Assembly: GCF_036365525.1 (NCBI RefSeq)
Contig: NW_027140453.1
Coordinates: 1,426,001 to 1,490,000, forward strand
DNA from: Heterodontus francisci
Taxonomy: Eukaryota
Length of the DNA: 64,000 nucleotides
Reading direction: 5' to 3'
How positions within the stretch are numbered: the stretch's first letter is position 1; each line of letters starts with the position of its first letter. Below the pieces are notes generated by a model that was not told the DNA's origin, made no database searches, and saw only the letters and a list, made by a program, of their open reading frames with translations. Positions 46,440 through 59,339 of the stretch are shown in pieces. The translations under genes were made by a program, and so were the position numbers.

Positions 46440-48302
46440 CTTCCACTGGAAGCTGATCCTGCAATTGGGAAATCAGTGGAAAGAAGAGAGTTGAGTCTTG
46501 TGTGCAGCCACATGAAGACTCAAGGAAGTGATTCAAGTTTGCACAACACCTCCCTCCCTGATGGGAAACACACGCCCCTTTCTCTACCATTGGCTTCCAC
46601 TCGTTGCTGTTGAATTTGTTGGTATCATTCTGCTGCTGAAGTTGTTGGTGTATTTGTTGCTGTATTTGCTGGTGTTTTCCTCCTACTGAGGTTGTTGAAT
46701 TTGTTGGTGTTTGAATCTCCTGCTGATCTGTTGTTGAATTTGTTGGCGTTGTTCTCCTGCTGAGGTAATTGTTGTGTTGGTTGGTGTTTTCCCTTCTGAG
46801 GTTTTTGTTGAGGTTGTTGTTTCCTTCCCTGCTTAAGTTGTTGTTGCATTTTTTAATGTTGTGGTTGTTGTTGTATTTTTTTGCGTTTATATTCCCTGCT
46901 GAGGTTATTTTCTCTTTTTGAATTCATTCTTGAGATTTTGGGCGATGCTGCTGGAGGCCAGCATTTATTGTCCATCCTTTTCGCCCCTTGAGAAGGTGGT
47001 GGTGAGCTGCCTTCTTGAACTGCTGCAGTCCATGTGGGGTAAGTACACCCACAGTGCTGTTAGGAAGGGAATTCCAGGATTTTGACCCAGCGACAGTGAA
47101 GGAACGGCGATATAGTTCCAAGTCAGGATGGTGTGTGACTTGGAGGGGAACCTGCAAGTGATGGTGTCCCCAAGGATCTGCTGCCCTTGTCCTTCTAGGT
47201 GGTAGAGGTCCAGGGTTTGGAAGGTGCTGACGAGGGAGCCTTGGTGCATTGCTGCAGTGCATCTTGTAGATGGTACACATTGCTGCCACTGAGCATCGGT
47301 GGTGGAGGGAGTGAAAGTTGTGGATGGGTGGAGGGAGTGAAAGTTTGTGGATGGTTTGCCAATCAAGCGGACTGCTTTGTCCTGCATGGTGTCGAGCTTC
47401 TTGAGTGTTGTTGGAGCTGCACCCATCCAGGCAAGTGGAGAGTATTCCATCACACTCCTGACTTGTACCTTGTAGATGGTGGACAGGCTTTGGGGAGTCA
47501 GGAGGTGAGTTGCTTGTCACAGGATTTCCAGCCTCTGTCCTGCTCTTGAAGCCACAATATTTATATGGCTATCCCATTTCAGTTTCTGGTCAATGGTAAC
47601 CCTTTAGGATGTTGATAGTGGGGGATTCAGCGATGTTAATGCCATTGAATGTCAAGGGGAGATGGTTAGATTCTCTTTTATTTGAGCTGGTCATTGCCTG
47701 GCACTTATGTGACACGAATGTTTCTTGCCAATTATCAGCTCAAACCTGGATGTTGTCCAGGTCCTGCGACATCTGAACACGGGCTGCATCAGAATCTGAG
47801 GTGTCACGAATGATGCTGAACATTGTGCAATCATCAGTGAACATCCCCACTTCTGATCTTTTGATTGAAGGGAGTTCATTGATGAAGCAGTTGAAGATTG
47901 TGGGACAGGACATACCCGGGGATGGGGATGACGAGGTGTGTGACATTGTCTGTAAGGCATAATTCCCTGAGTATGACGATGTCAGGCTGTTGCTTGACAG
48001 CTCTCCCAACTTTGGCACAAGCCCCTAAATGTTGGTAAGGAGGATTTTGCAGGTTCGACATGTTGTTGCATCTGTTGCTGTGTTTCGCCTGCTGAAGTTG
48101 TATTTATTACTTTTCTCCTCCTGAAGCACTTGTTGAATTCTGTTGATGTTCTTTCTCCTCCTGACGTTGTTGTATTTGTTGGTGAGCTTTATTTTTGCCA
48201 ACGTTGCTTCTGAATTTGTTGGTGTTTTCCCCTGCTGAGGTTGTTGTTGAATTTGTTAATGATTTTCGTGCTGAGGTTTTTGTTGCATTTGTCGTATTGC
48301 CC

Positions 48303-49605
48303 GGAGGAGGTTACAGAGATACGAAGGGTTGTCGGGGCTGGAGGAGGTTACAGAGATAGGGAGGAATGTTGGGGCTGGAGGAGGTTACAGAGAAAGGGAG
48401 GGTTGTCAGGCGGGAGGAGGTTACAGAGATAGGAAGGGTTGTAGGGGTCTGGAGGAGGTTACAGAGAGAGGGAGGCTTCTTGGGGCTGGAGGAGGTTACA
48501 GAGAAAGGGAGGGTTGTCGGGCAGGAGGAGGTTACACAGATAGGAAGGGTTTTAGGGGCTGGAGGAGGTTGCAGAGATAGGGAGGGATGTTGGGGCTGGA
48601 GGAGGTTACAGAGAAAGGGAGGGTTGTCGGGCGAGAGGAGTTTACACAGATAGGAAGGGTTGAGGGGCTGGAGGAGGTTACAGAGATAGGGAGGGATGTT
48701 GGGGCTGGAGGCAGTTACAGAGATAGGGAGGGTTGTAGGGGCTGGAGGAGGTTACAGAGATAGGGAGGGTTGTTGGGCTGGAGGAGATTACAGTGATAGG
48801 GAGGGTTGTTGGGGCTGGAGGAGGTTACAGTGATAGGAAGGTTTGTAGGGGCTGGAGATGGTTACAGAGATAGGGACGTTGTTGGGGCTGGAGGCTGTTA
48901 TAGAGATAAGGAGCTTGTAGGGGCCGAAGGAGGTTACAGAGATAGGGAGGCTTGTTGGTTCTGAAGGAAGTTACAGAGATAGGGAGAGTTGTCGGGATGG
49001 AGGAAGCTACAGAGATAGGGAGGGTTGTAGGGGCTGGAGGAGGTTACAGTGTTAGGGAGGGTGGCAGGGTCTGCAGGAGGCTACAGAGATGGGGATGGTT
49101 GTCGGGCTGGAGGAAGCTACAGAGATAGGGAGGGTTGTAGCGGCTGAAAGAGGTTACAGAGATAGGGATGGTTGTTGGTGCTGAAGGAAGTGACAGAGAT
49201 AGGGATGGTAGTCGGGCTGGAGGAAGCTACAGAGATAGGGAGGGTTGTAGGGGATGGTGGAGGTTACAGAGATAGGGAGCATTGTAGGCTGGAGGAGGTT
49301 ACAGAGATAGGGAGGGTTGTACGGGATGGACGAGGTTACAGAGATCGGGACGGTTGTAGACTGGGGGAGGTTACAGACATAGCGTTGGTTTTCGGGGCTG
49401 GAGGTCATTACAGAGATCGGGATGGTTGTCGGGGCTAGAGGAAGTTACAGAAACAGGGAAGGTTGTCGGAGTTTGGAGGAGGTTACAGATGTCGGAAGGG
49501 TTGCATTATCTTACGGAGGTAGCAGAGATAGGGAGGGTTGCATTACCTTGAGGAGATTGCTGTGATAGGGAGGGCTGTAGGAGCTGCAGGAGGTTACAGA
49601 GAGAG
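48303..49605. repeat. ~37-bp minisatellite, expanded copy
   Basis: Same unit as 19656-20085, about three times longer. Confidence 0.9.
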
Positions 49606-52044
49606 TGATATCTCTCACTGATCATGGAATGTATTCACTGTCAACCCCAGTATCATTCTGGTGAATCTCAGCTGTATCTGGTCTAAGGCAAACAGCTGCT
49701 TGCTGAGGTAAGGTGTCCAGACTGAGTGCAATATTCCGGACATAGTCTAACCAGAGCCTCCTACAACTGTGGCATTACCTCCAAACCCTTTGTATTTTAG
49801 ACTCTTTCATTAATCACACGTTCAATAATACATGACTGGATGCATGCACACACACACTCCCAACTCTCACTCCCTCTCTCTCTCTCTCTCCTCAGTTTGT
49901 TTGACTATGTTGTTAGTTGTGCACCTTTGCCCTTCAGCTGATCTTACCTGTGCCTATGATGTGAAGAGTCTATTGTTCTCAGTCCTTGACAAACACAACA
50001 GCTTCCTGCTTTGTAAAGGTTGATATTTTCCTATCAGTGACACACGGCACAACATTCAAATCTGTTAGTCCCAGGCAATGCAAATATCAAAGCCGGCTCA
50101 GAAGTGTTAATGAGTCCATTGTGGGACTGAATGAATATCTGACAACCTGGCATGGACACAGGGGCATTGACAGAATCAGCAATCCAGTGAGAATGGAGAC
50201 AGTGGAAACTATCAAGGTCTAGGCGTTGGACATGGGCTGGTTGGGACTGAGATGTACATTCAGACGCCCCTTTTCACAGGCAGTGTAACATTGAATAACA
50301 ATGTGCTGCAAGGTGATTGTGATTACTGAGGGGACAGTGACATTGTGATTCTGTCACAGGAATATTATCTAGAGCCCTGGACTGACTGCACTGCCCAATG
50401 TGCTAATGATCTGACAGAGAAATGTGGGGACTGACGAATCTCACCCACATCAGAAACAAATCCTAGAATAGTCCAACAGAGGGAGGCCATTCGGCCCATT
50501 GAGGTTTTGCCATCTCTTTCGAAAATCAACCCAGTTAATCCAAATCCCCACTCTTTCACACTTAATTCCCTCAATTAATTCCCCTTCAAGTATTGAGTCA
50601 ATTCCCTGTTTGAATAATACCATTGAATTTCCACCACCCTATCAGACATTGCCCTCCAAATCCAAACCACTCATGATATTAAAAAACATTTATCCTCATA
50701 TCACCTCTGGTACCTTTCCCCATCACATTAAAGCTGTGCCCTCTGGTGATCTATCGAATCTCCCCTTAACCTTCTCTGCTCTAAGGAGAACGTCCCTTTC
50801 TTGCCCAGTCTTTTTACTTGACTGAAATTCCTCACTAACTGAACCATTCGAGCAAATCTCTTCTGCACCCTCTCCAAAGCCTATAGGTCTTTCCTGAAGT
50901 GTGGTGCCCTGAACTGGGCACAATATTCCAACAGGGGCCGAACTGGTGGTTTATACAGGTTTGGCATGACTCCCGGACTTTTGTACTCGACGTCTCTATT
51001 TACAAAGCCCAGACGCCAATCTGATTTATTGATCGCTTTCTCAACCTACCCTGCCGCCTTTAAATATTCCTGCACAAGCATCCCCCAGGTCTCTCTGTTC
51101 TTGCACCACTTCACAAATTGTATTGTTTCATCTCTCCTCATTCTTTCAGTCAAAATCAAACATATCAAAGACTAATCCCACCCATATCTGGGACAAATTA
51201 CCCGCTTATTATTATTCAGTCAGTAATGGACAATGGTCTGCCAGTAACTCTATAAAGTTTACATGCAACACTTTTCCTTCCATAAAACAATATTCTCGGT
51301 GATTCTTGTATTGAAGTTTATACCGAAAGCCCACTGCTATCCTAATGTTAGCAGGTGAGCAGCAGTCAGTGACTGAGACATTAACATCTGGTCAGGGACC
51401 CCTCACAATATCCCATGTCCTGAATTCTCAAACACTCTCTCACTGAGAAATTTATGTACTCCTCATTCTGGTTTGTATGTGTTACTAACGCTGTATCTGT
51501 GCTATTTCGGAGATGGTATCACTGTCGCTGATGTGAGGATTTCATTGTTCTCATTCTGTGACTACATTCTGAAAAACACAATCATTCACTTTATTCCCAA
51601 CGACCTCAAGGAAGAAAATGGATGTCTGATCATTTGTCTCTCCGGAACATCTTGTTTCTCTGGCCCTCTCATCATTCCCCCAATACTGACCCACGACTGA
51701 TAAGAGAGGCATGTCTCCTGGGAATATTCTCTCCCTAACATTCAGTCCCTATGAAAGATCAAATATACACAGCCAATTGGAAAATACCGACACAATACTG
51801 ACTATAATTTTCAGAGACCCAGCCCCAGGCTCCAATCTCCCTACACCCTTCCTGTTGGGTAAGTGACGACAAGTTATGTTACAACAGCAAAGTCCAGTTG
51901 GTTAGCAAAGGCCCAGGAGAAATATTAACTTGCTTTATTATGGCAGCTCCTTTCACCGAAAGGCCTTCGTTTGCATAGATTATGTCATATTATTAATTAT
52001 TACTGAATGTAAATATTTCAGCCAACCAGCACTGCGGTCAGTCA

Positions 52045-52194
52045 CTGGTCAATCCGTCGTGGTGTATATAGGGGTTGGAGCTGTCACTGAGACTGACACT
52101 GTTCACAGCAGAGTGGACCCGAGACTGAGGAGCAAGCAGCTGGAACTGAACCGACAACATCTCCCACCCAGCGACATCTACTTTGGAGACTCTG
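52045..52194 (+). promoter_or_regulatory. Candidate TATA promoter and non-coding first exon of D8C gene copy 2
   Basis: TATATA 52065-52070, donor GTAAGC at 52195; paralog of 22500-22652. Confidence 0.55.
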
Positions 52195-52658
52195 GTAAGC
52201 AGTCGGGTATGGGAGGACTGCTCGAAAAAGCACAGGAGTTTGTCATTTGCTAGGTGTTGACCCAGGGGGAATGTGTCCTGCTTTTCCTGAAACAACACCA
52301 TCCTCAGTAATAACCTTTGTCAGAAATTCAAAGAGGTTCGTTACAGGAATGCAGGAGACAGACCTGGAGGAGAGAGTCAGGAACACATGTGGTTTGTTCA
52401 TAAAAGTTTTGGAGAGTGGAAAGGGTGAAGGATTGGAGTCAAGTTACTGATGTTTAACAAGAACATGTAGTTGAGCTCACCTCTGTCTGTAGGAGCCACA
52501 GTGAGAGAGAGAGAGATAGATGGAGCTCACCTCTCTGAACAGATATACTGACAAACTCCTCTTCAACTCCTTATTTAATATTCCCTCCAATTGCACGATT
52601 CCTTTAGTTCTCTCAAATGTTTGTCTTGTGTTTCCCTTTCCAGGATCTCACCAGTAAG

Positions 52659-55600
52659 ATGTGGACTCTGCTGATCATTCTGGGTTACCTGAGTGAGTAA
52701 CTTTCATTCTCGACAAAGTTCACCCCCAGTACAACTGGAACAAGCTGTGTTTATTCAAACCGTTATATAGAATAATCTCCCAAGATGTTGCACAGAAATC
52801 TGATGGAAGAAATGTCTGACAGGGCAGGGAAGGAGATGATTGGAGGGCTAACTGTTAGTTTAAAAGAGCAGACGGAGGTGGAGAGGCAGAAAGGTTTAGG
52901 AGGCTGGACATCTTGCAGCCACATCAGACACTGCTGGAGGAAAGGGAGTGGAGGGAAGTTCTACAGGAGGCTTGGGTCAGAGAAACAGAGAGTTGGTGAA
53001 GATTACAGAAATGAGGTGGGAGAGGGTGGAGAGGTCATGAAAGAATTTGAACAGGAAGATGGAAGTTGTACATCAAAGGCGTTTGCAGCTGTGAACCAAT
53101 GTGGGTCAGAGAGCACAGGGGTGATGTGTGACTTAAACTTTCTGCAAGATAACATACAACAGCAGTGTGTTGGAGGAGACCTGACTTCTGGAAAGTGGAA
53201 GCTGGGAGGCTGGCCAGGAGTGGATTAGAAGATTTGATTCTCCAGAAGGTAGAGGGTTTTTGGTAGAGGATTGGCTGAGGCAAAATCAGTGATGGTGGAT
53301 ATTACGGAGGTTGTAATTGGATGCCCTTGTGATGAGGAGGCGACAGGGAAGGAAGCTGGGCACAGTCGGAAGCTGATGAGAAATTGGAGAGGGACAAGAT
53401 AGATTCTCGGGGTACCATAGAGGTAACAGTGCTGGAGTGGGTAGGGAAGACACTGCAGGAGATTCTCTGGCTGAGACTAGACTGGGTAGAGTGGAAATAG
53501 GCCAGAGCAGTTCCACCCAGCTGGACATGGAAGGAGTGGTGTTGGCGATGGATAGTGTGGTGAATTGTGTCAAAGACTGCCGACAATTCGGGAAGGATGA
53601 TCAGAAACAGTATTCCTGACTTGGCTCTTGCAGCTTCACTGCTGCTCAAACACTTTACCAGTTCTTTGGTAACTCTAGACTTGACTATTCCAAAGACCTC
53701 CTGGCTGATCTCTCACATTCCACCTTCTGTACATTTTGGTCATCCAGTATGATACTGCCCAAGTCCCGTTCACCTTTCATCTCCGTGCTCACTGACCTGC
53801 ACTGGCTCCCGGTTCAGCAAGGCCTGGATTTCAATATTCTCACAATCGTTTCCAGATCCTTCTATCACCTCGCCGTTCCCTACCTCTGAAATCATCTCCA
53901 GCCCCACAACCCTCGGAGATCTCTGCGCTCCTCTAATTCAGGCCTCTTGAATATTCCCGATTCGAATCCCTTCCACCATTGGCAGCTGTGCCTTCACCTG
54001 CCGAGGCTTAACGCAAGGGAATTCTCTCCCTCAACTTCTCCGTCTCTCCACCTCTCTTTCATCCTTTCAGACACTCCTTAAAACCTACCTCTTTGACATA
54101 GCATTTGGCCACCTGCCCGACCAGCTGCTTCTGTGGATCGGTGTCAGTTCGGGATGGTAACACACCGATGAAGTGCTTTGGGACATTTTATTACATCAAA
54201 GGCAGTACATAAACGCAGGTTGTTGTTGGTTTTGAGACTACACGTTCCCTCTCCAGGACCCACCAGTCACACTGGGTCGCTTGTGCTCCACCTGGCAGTT
54301 CTCGCTCCTCCTCCACTTTACATCTTTCCTACTGGGATGAAGTGAAGCTGAGATATTTACTGCTTTCTGTTACCTGAGAGCTGGTGGTTAATCTAGAATC
54401 GGGAGGACTGTCTGTGAGCAGTGAGTTGGAGGGGGAGGCTGAGCTGGGAGACAGATGGAAACCCAGTTTAGAGAAGGAGGACATTTTCCAGCTTTAATCT
54501 GGGGAGTTTTGACCAGGGCGGAGGGTGAAACTGAGATTATTGGTATTTTGGGAGGGTACAAGGCGCTGTTTAACATTAACTGTACTTTATATTAACATTA
54601 AACATCTTTCTGTCACTCAGTCACAGACTCCACACTCACTGACCCGTGTGTAAATCACACAGTCCTGGACCAGCCCTGGAGGAGCATCGATTGTGATGTC
54701 ACTGTGGGCTCCGGTCAGGAGAAGTGTGATGATAATCTTGCTCAAGGATGGTACAGATTTAAAAGGTAATGTAAAGGAACAAATTCTGGCTAAATCAGTT
54801 AATGAGGGAGGAGTAATGGATTTCCCCCAGTTTCTGGCACTATCTGTTGTTACCAGTCTCTCTAACAGTTAATATTTACCATCAGTTCAGGGACTGACTC
54901 TGTGATTATTGTTTCAGTTCTGGTGGATGGAAGATTCCGGACACTGTTGTCCCAGATTTTCACTGCTCCACACGTGCCACAGGCTGGTTACAGGGTAATT
55001 TCAGCCTTTATAATATCAGATTTACATTCACTGTCCAGCACTGTTCACGTGGGTGACTTTCTTCAATATTTATAAACTCTCATTTCAGGTTCCCATCCCA
55101 GTGTGGGACAGGGGGAAGTAACGAGGACAGTTTGTTTTAACAAGGCTGGAAATCGCTGTCACTGGACCCAGGAAATAAAGATCAAAAACTGCAGCAGTTA
55201 TTTTGTTTATGAGTTGAAGCCTCCACCCGACTGTAACGCTGCTTATTGTACAGGTAGATTGCTGTTTGTATATGGTGCAGATGGGTGATTCTGGGATGTC
55301 CCGTGTCTCCCATAGAAATGAGACAGTTTACTCACTGCCCTCCTTTTTGTAAGGGACACAGTGAATATAGGATCTGTAAAACAGAGTGAACTCTTCACTA
55401 AAACTCTAGGGAACTGAACCAGACGCTCGCTGTCTGGAGAGAGGGCTGGCATGTCTGGGTAGTATTCTGTCAGGTCTGCAATTGAGGAGATTCAGGTTTT
55501 CTGGTGAGTGTCAGACACAGCAGCAGGATCCTGACAGACTCTATGTGAAGGGCAGTCACTCTCACCTCACCTCTTGAGTTCAGCTCTTTTGTCCATGTTT

Positions 55601-58600
55601 GAACCACACTGTAATGAGGTCAGGAGCTGAGTGACCCTGGCGGAACCCAAACTGACCATCACTGAACAGGTAATTGCTGAGCAAGTGCCGCTTGATTGCA
55701 CTGTCAACGACACCTTCCATCATTTTACTGATGATAGAGAGTAGACTGATGGGACGGTAATTGGGTGGCTTGAACTTGCCCTGCTTTGACTTGTCCTGCT
55801 TTTTATGCACAGGACATGCCTGGGCAGTTTTCCACATTGCAGGGTAGATGCCAGTGTTGTAGCTGTACTGGAACAGCTTGGCTAAGGATGCAACAAGTTC
55901 TGGAGCACAGGTCTTCAGTACTACTTCCGGGATATTGTCAGGGCCCATAGCCTTTGCAGTATCCAGTGCCTTCAGTCATTTCTTGATATCAAGCGGAGTG
56001 AATCGAATTGGCTGAAGACTGACATCTGTGATGCTGGGGATTGCAGGAGAAGGCCGAGATGGATCATCAACTCAGCACTTCTGGCTGAAGATTTTTGCAA
56101 ATGCTTCAGCCTTATCTTTTGCACTGATGTGCTGGGCTCCCTGATCATTGAGGATGGGGATATTTGTGGGGCCACCTCCTCCAGTTAGTTGTTTAATTGT
56201 CTACTGCCATTCACGACTGGATGTGGCAGGACAAGAAATACTGGAATCACTCAGCGGGTCTGGCAGCATCTGTGGAAAGAGAAGCAAAGTTAACGTTTCG
56301 GGTCAGCGACCCTTCTTCGGAACTCATTTGATCCGTTGGTTATGGGATCGCTTAGCTCTGTCCATCGCATGCTAATTATGCTGTTTGGCATGCAGATAGT
56401 CCTGTGTTGTAGCTTCACCAGGCTGACACCTCATTTTGAGGTATGCCTTGTGCTGCACTTTGCATGCCCTCCTGCACTCTTCATGGAACCAGGTTTGGTC
56501 TCCTGGCTTGATGGTCATGATTGAGTGGGGAATATACCGGACCATGAGGTTACAGATTGTAGTTGAGTACAATTCTGCTGCTGCTGTTGTTCCCACAGCA
56601 CCTCATGGATGCCCATTGTTGTATTGCTAGACTTGTTTGAATCTATCCCATTTAGCATGGTGATAGTGCCACACAACACGATGGACGGTATCCTCAATGT
56701 GAAGGTGGGAATTTGGCTCCACAAGGACTGTGCGGTGGTCACTCCCACCAAGACTGTCATGGACAGATGGATATGTGGCAGGCAGATTGGTGAGGATGAA
56801 GTCAAGTATATTTTCTCCTCTTGTTGGTTCTGTCATCACCTACCGCAGTCCCAGACTAGCAGCTTTGTCTTTTAGGACACGGCTAGCTCGGTAAGGAGTG
56901 GGCTGCAGTGACTGAGAGGAGTGGTCTGCAGAGACTGAGGGGAGTGGGATGTAGTGACTGAGCGAATGAGATGCGGTGACTAGGTGGAGTAGGATACAGT
57001 GAATGTGGGGAGTGGGATGTAGTGACTGAGGGGAGTGGGGTGGAGTGACAGGGGAGTGGGAGGTAGTGACTGAGGTGTGTGGGATGCAGTGATTGAGCGG
57101 AGTGGGAAGTAGCGACTGAGGGGAGTGGGATACAGAGACTGAGGGGAGTGGGATACAGTGACTGAGCGAATGAGATGCGGTGACGAGGTGGAGTAGGATA
57201 CAGTGAATGTGGGGAGTGGGATGTAGTGACTGAGGGGAGTGGGATGTAGTGACTGAGGAGAGTGGGGTGTATTGACAGGGGTGTGGGAAGTAGCGACTGA
57301 GGGGAGTGGGATGTAGTGACTGAGGGGAGTGGGGTGTAGTGACTGAGGAGAGTGGGGTGTAGTGACTGAGGAGAGTGGGGTGTAGTGACAGGGGTGTGGG
57401 AAGTAGCGACTGAGGGGAGTGGGATGCAGAGACTGAGGGGAGTGGGATACTGTGACTGACGGGAGTGGGATGTAGTGACTAAGGGGAGTGGGATGCTGTA
57501 ATTGAGGGAAGTGGGATGTAGTGACTACTGAGTGTGATGTGGTAACTGAGGGGAGTAGGATGTAGAGAAGCGGGGAGTGAGGTGCAGTGACTGAAGGGAA
57601 TGGTATAGAGTGATTCGGTGGAGTGGGTACAGTGACATAGAGAAGTGGGATGCAGTGATTGAGGGGAGTGGGATGCAGTAATTGAGGGGAGTGGGATGCA
57701 GCGACTAAGGGGAGAGGGATGCAGTGACTGAGGGCAGTGAGATGTAGTGACTGAGGGGAGTGGGATGTAGTGACTGAGGGGAGTGGGATGTAGTGACTGA
57801 TGGGAGTGGGTGCACTGACTGAGGGGAGTGGGTGCAGTGAGTGAGGGGAGTGGGATGCTGTAATTGAGGGAAGTGGGTGTAGTGACTGAGGGGAGTGGCA
57901 TGCAGTGACTCAGGGGAGTGTGATTCAGTGACTGTGGGGATTGGGATACAGTGACTGTGGGGAGTGGGATACAGTGACTGAGGAGAGTGTGATACGGTAA
58001 CTGAGGGGAGTGTGATCCCTTCCATTTATCATCACATCCTCCCCGGTTTCACTTGTCACTAGAACTTTTCCCAGTTCTGATGTAAGGTCACATATTAACA
58101 TTAAACATCTTTCTGTCACTCAGTCACAGACTCTGCACTCACTGACCCGTGTGTAAATCACACAGTCCTGGACCAGCCCTGGAGGAGCAGCGATTGTGAT
58201 GTCACTGGGTGCTCCGGTCAGGAGAAGTGTGATGATAATCTTGCTCAAGGATGGTACAGATTTAAAAGGTAATGTAAAGGAACAATTTCAGGGTAATCTA
58301 GTCAATATGGGCAGAGTAAGGGATTTCTCCCAGTTTCTGGTACTATCTGCTGGTACCAGTCTCTCTAACAGTTAATATTTGCCATCAGTTCAGGGACTGA
58401 CTCTGTGATTTTTGTTTCAGTTCTGGTGGATGGAAGATTCCGGAGACTGCTGTCCCAGATTTTCACTGCTCCACACATGTTATAGGCTGGTTAAATGGTA
58501 ATTTCAGCCTTGAGAATATCAGATTTACATTCACTGTCCAGCACTGTTCACATGGGTTACAGTCTTCAATATTTATAAACTCTCATTTCAGGTTCTCATC

Positions 58601-59252
58601 CCAGCGTGGGACAGGGGGAAGTAACACGGACAGTTTGTTTATCCTGGGGTAGAAAACACTGCGACAAGGTCCATGAGATAAAGATCAAAAACTGCAGCAG
58701 TTACTTCGTTTATGAGTTGAAGTCCCTGTTTTATTGCGCTGCGTATTGTACAGGTACATTCATGCTTCTATATCATCCAGAGGGTGATTCTGGGATGTCC
58801 CGTGTCACCCACAGAAATGAGACGGTTTACTCACTCCCCTCCTTATTGTAAGGGACACAGTGAATAAAGGATCTGAAACACAAAGTGTGCTTCACTGAAA
58901 CTCTAGGGAACTGAACCAGACTCTGCTGTCTCTGTCTATCAGGCACTCTGATCCCTGCAGTGTTCATGGCTCACGTCAGGTCCCCACTGCAGTGCTGGGC
59001 ACCTCACACTCCCTCTCCAGGAAGCAATGTTCACGAGGAGTTGGATAGGATCTTCGAGGGTTTGATAAAGATGAAAATCTGACACTGTCTGGACTAGAGA
59101 ACTATATAAACGAGCTCTTCGGGTTTTCTCCACTCTGCCCTCTTCCTTTATTACAGATCCAGAGACTGTCGCAACTGAGGAACCCGAGGAACAAACAACT
59201 CGACAATCCACTAGGGGATCATCGTCTACCCCAGCGGTGTCTGGAACATCAG
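52659..59252 (+). CDS. Secreted tandem-D8C protein, copy 2 (3' exons beyond window end)
   Basis: Exons 52659-52692, 54621-54765, 54918-54994, 55089-55253, 58124-58268, 58421-58497, 58592-58753, 59157-59252. Open, splice sites intact, a handful of substitutions versus copy 1 (N>D, H>Y, T>I, V>A, E>Q, G>R). Confidence 0.85.
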
Positions 59253-59339
59253 GTATCCCCCTTGTGGGTTGCATTCGAAACAGATTCCACACCCAATGTT
59301 ACACCATAGAAGATCAGTCCTCGAGATCATCCAGTCTCT

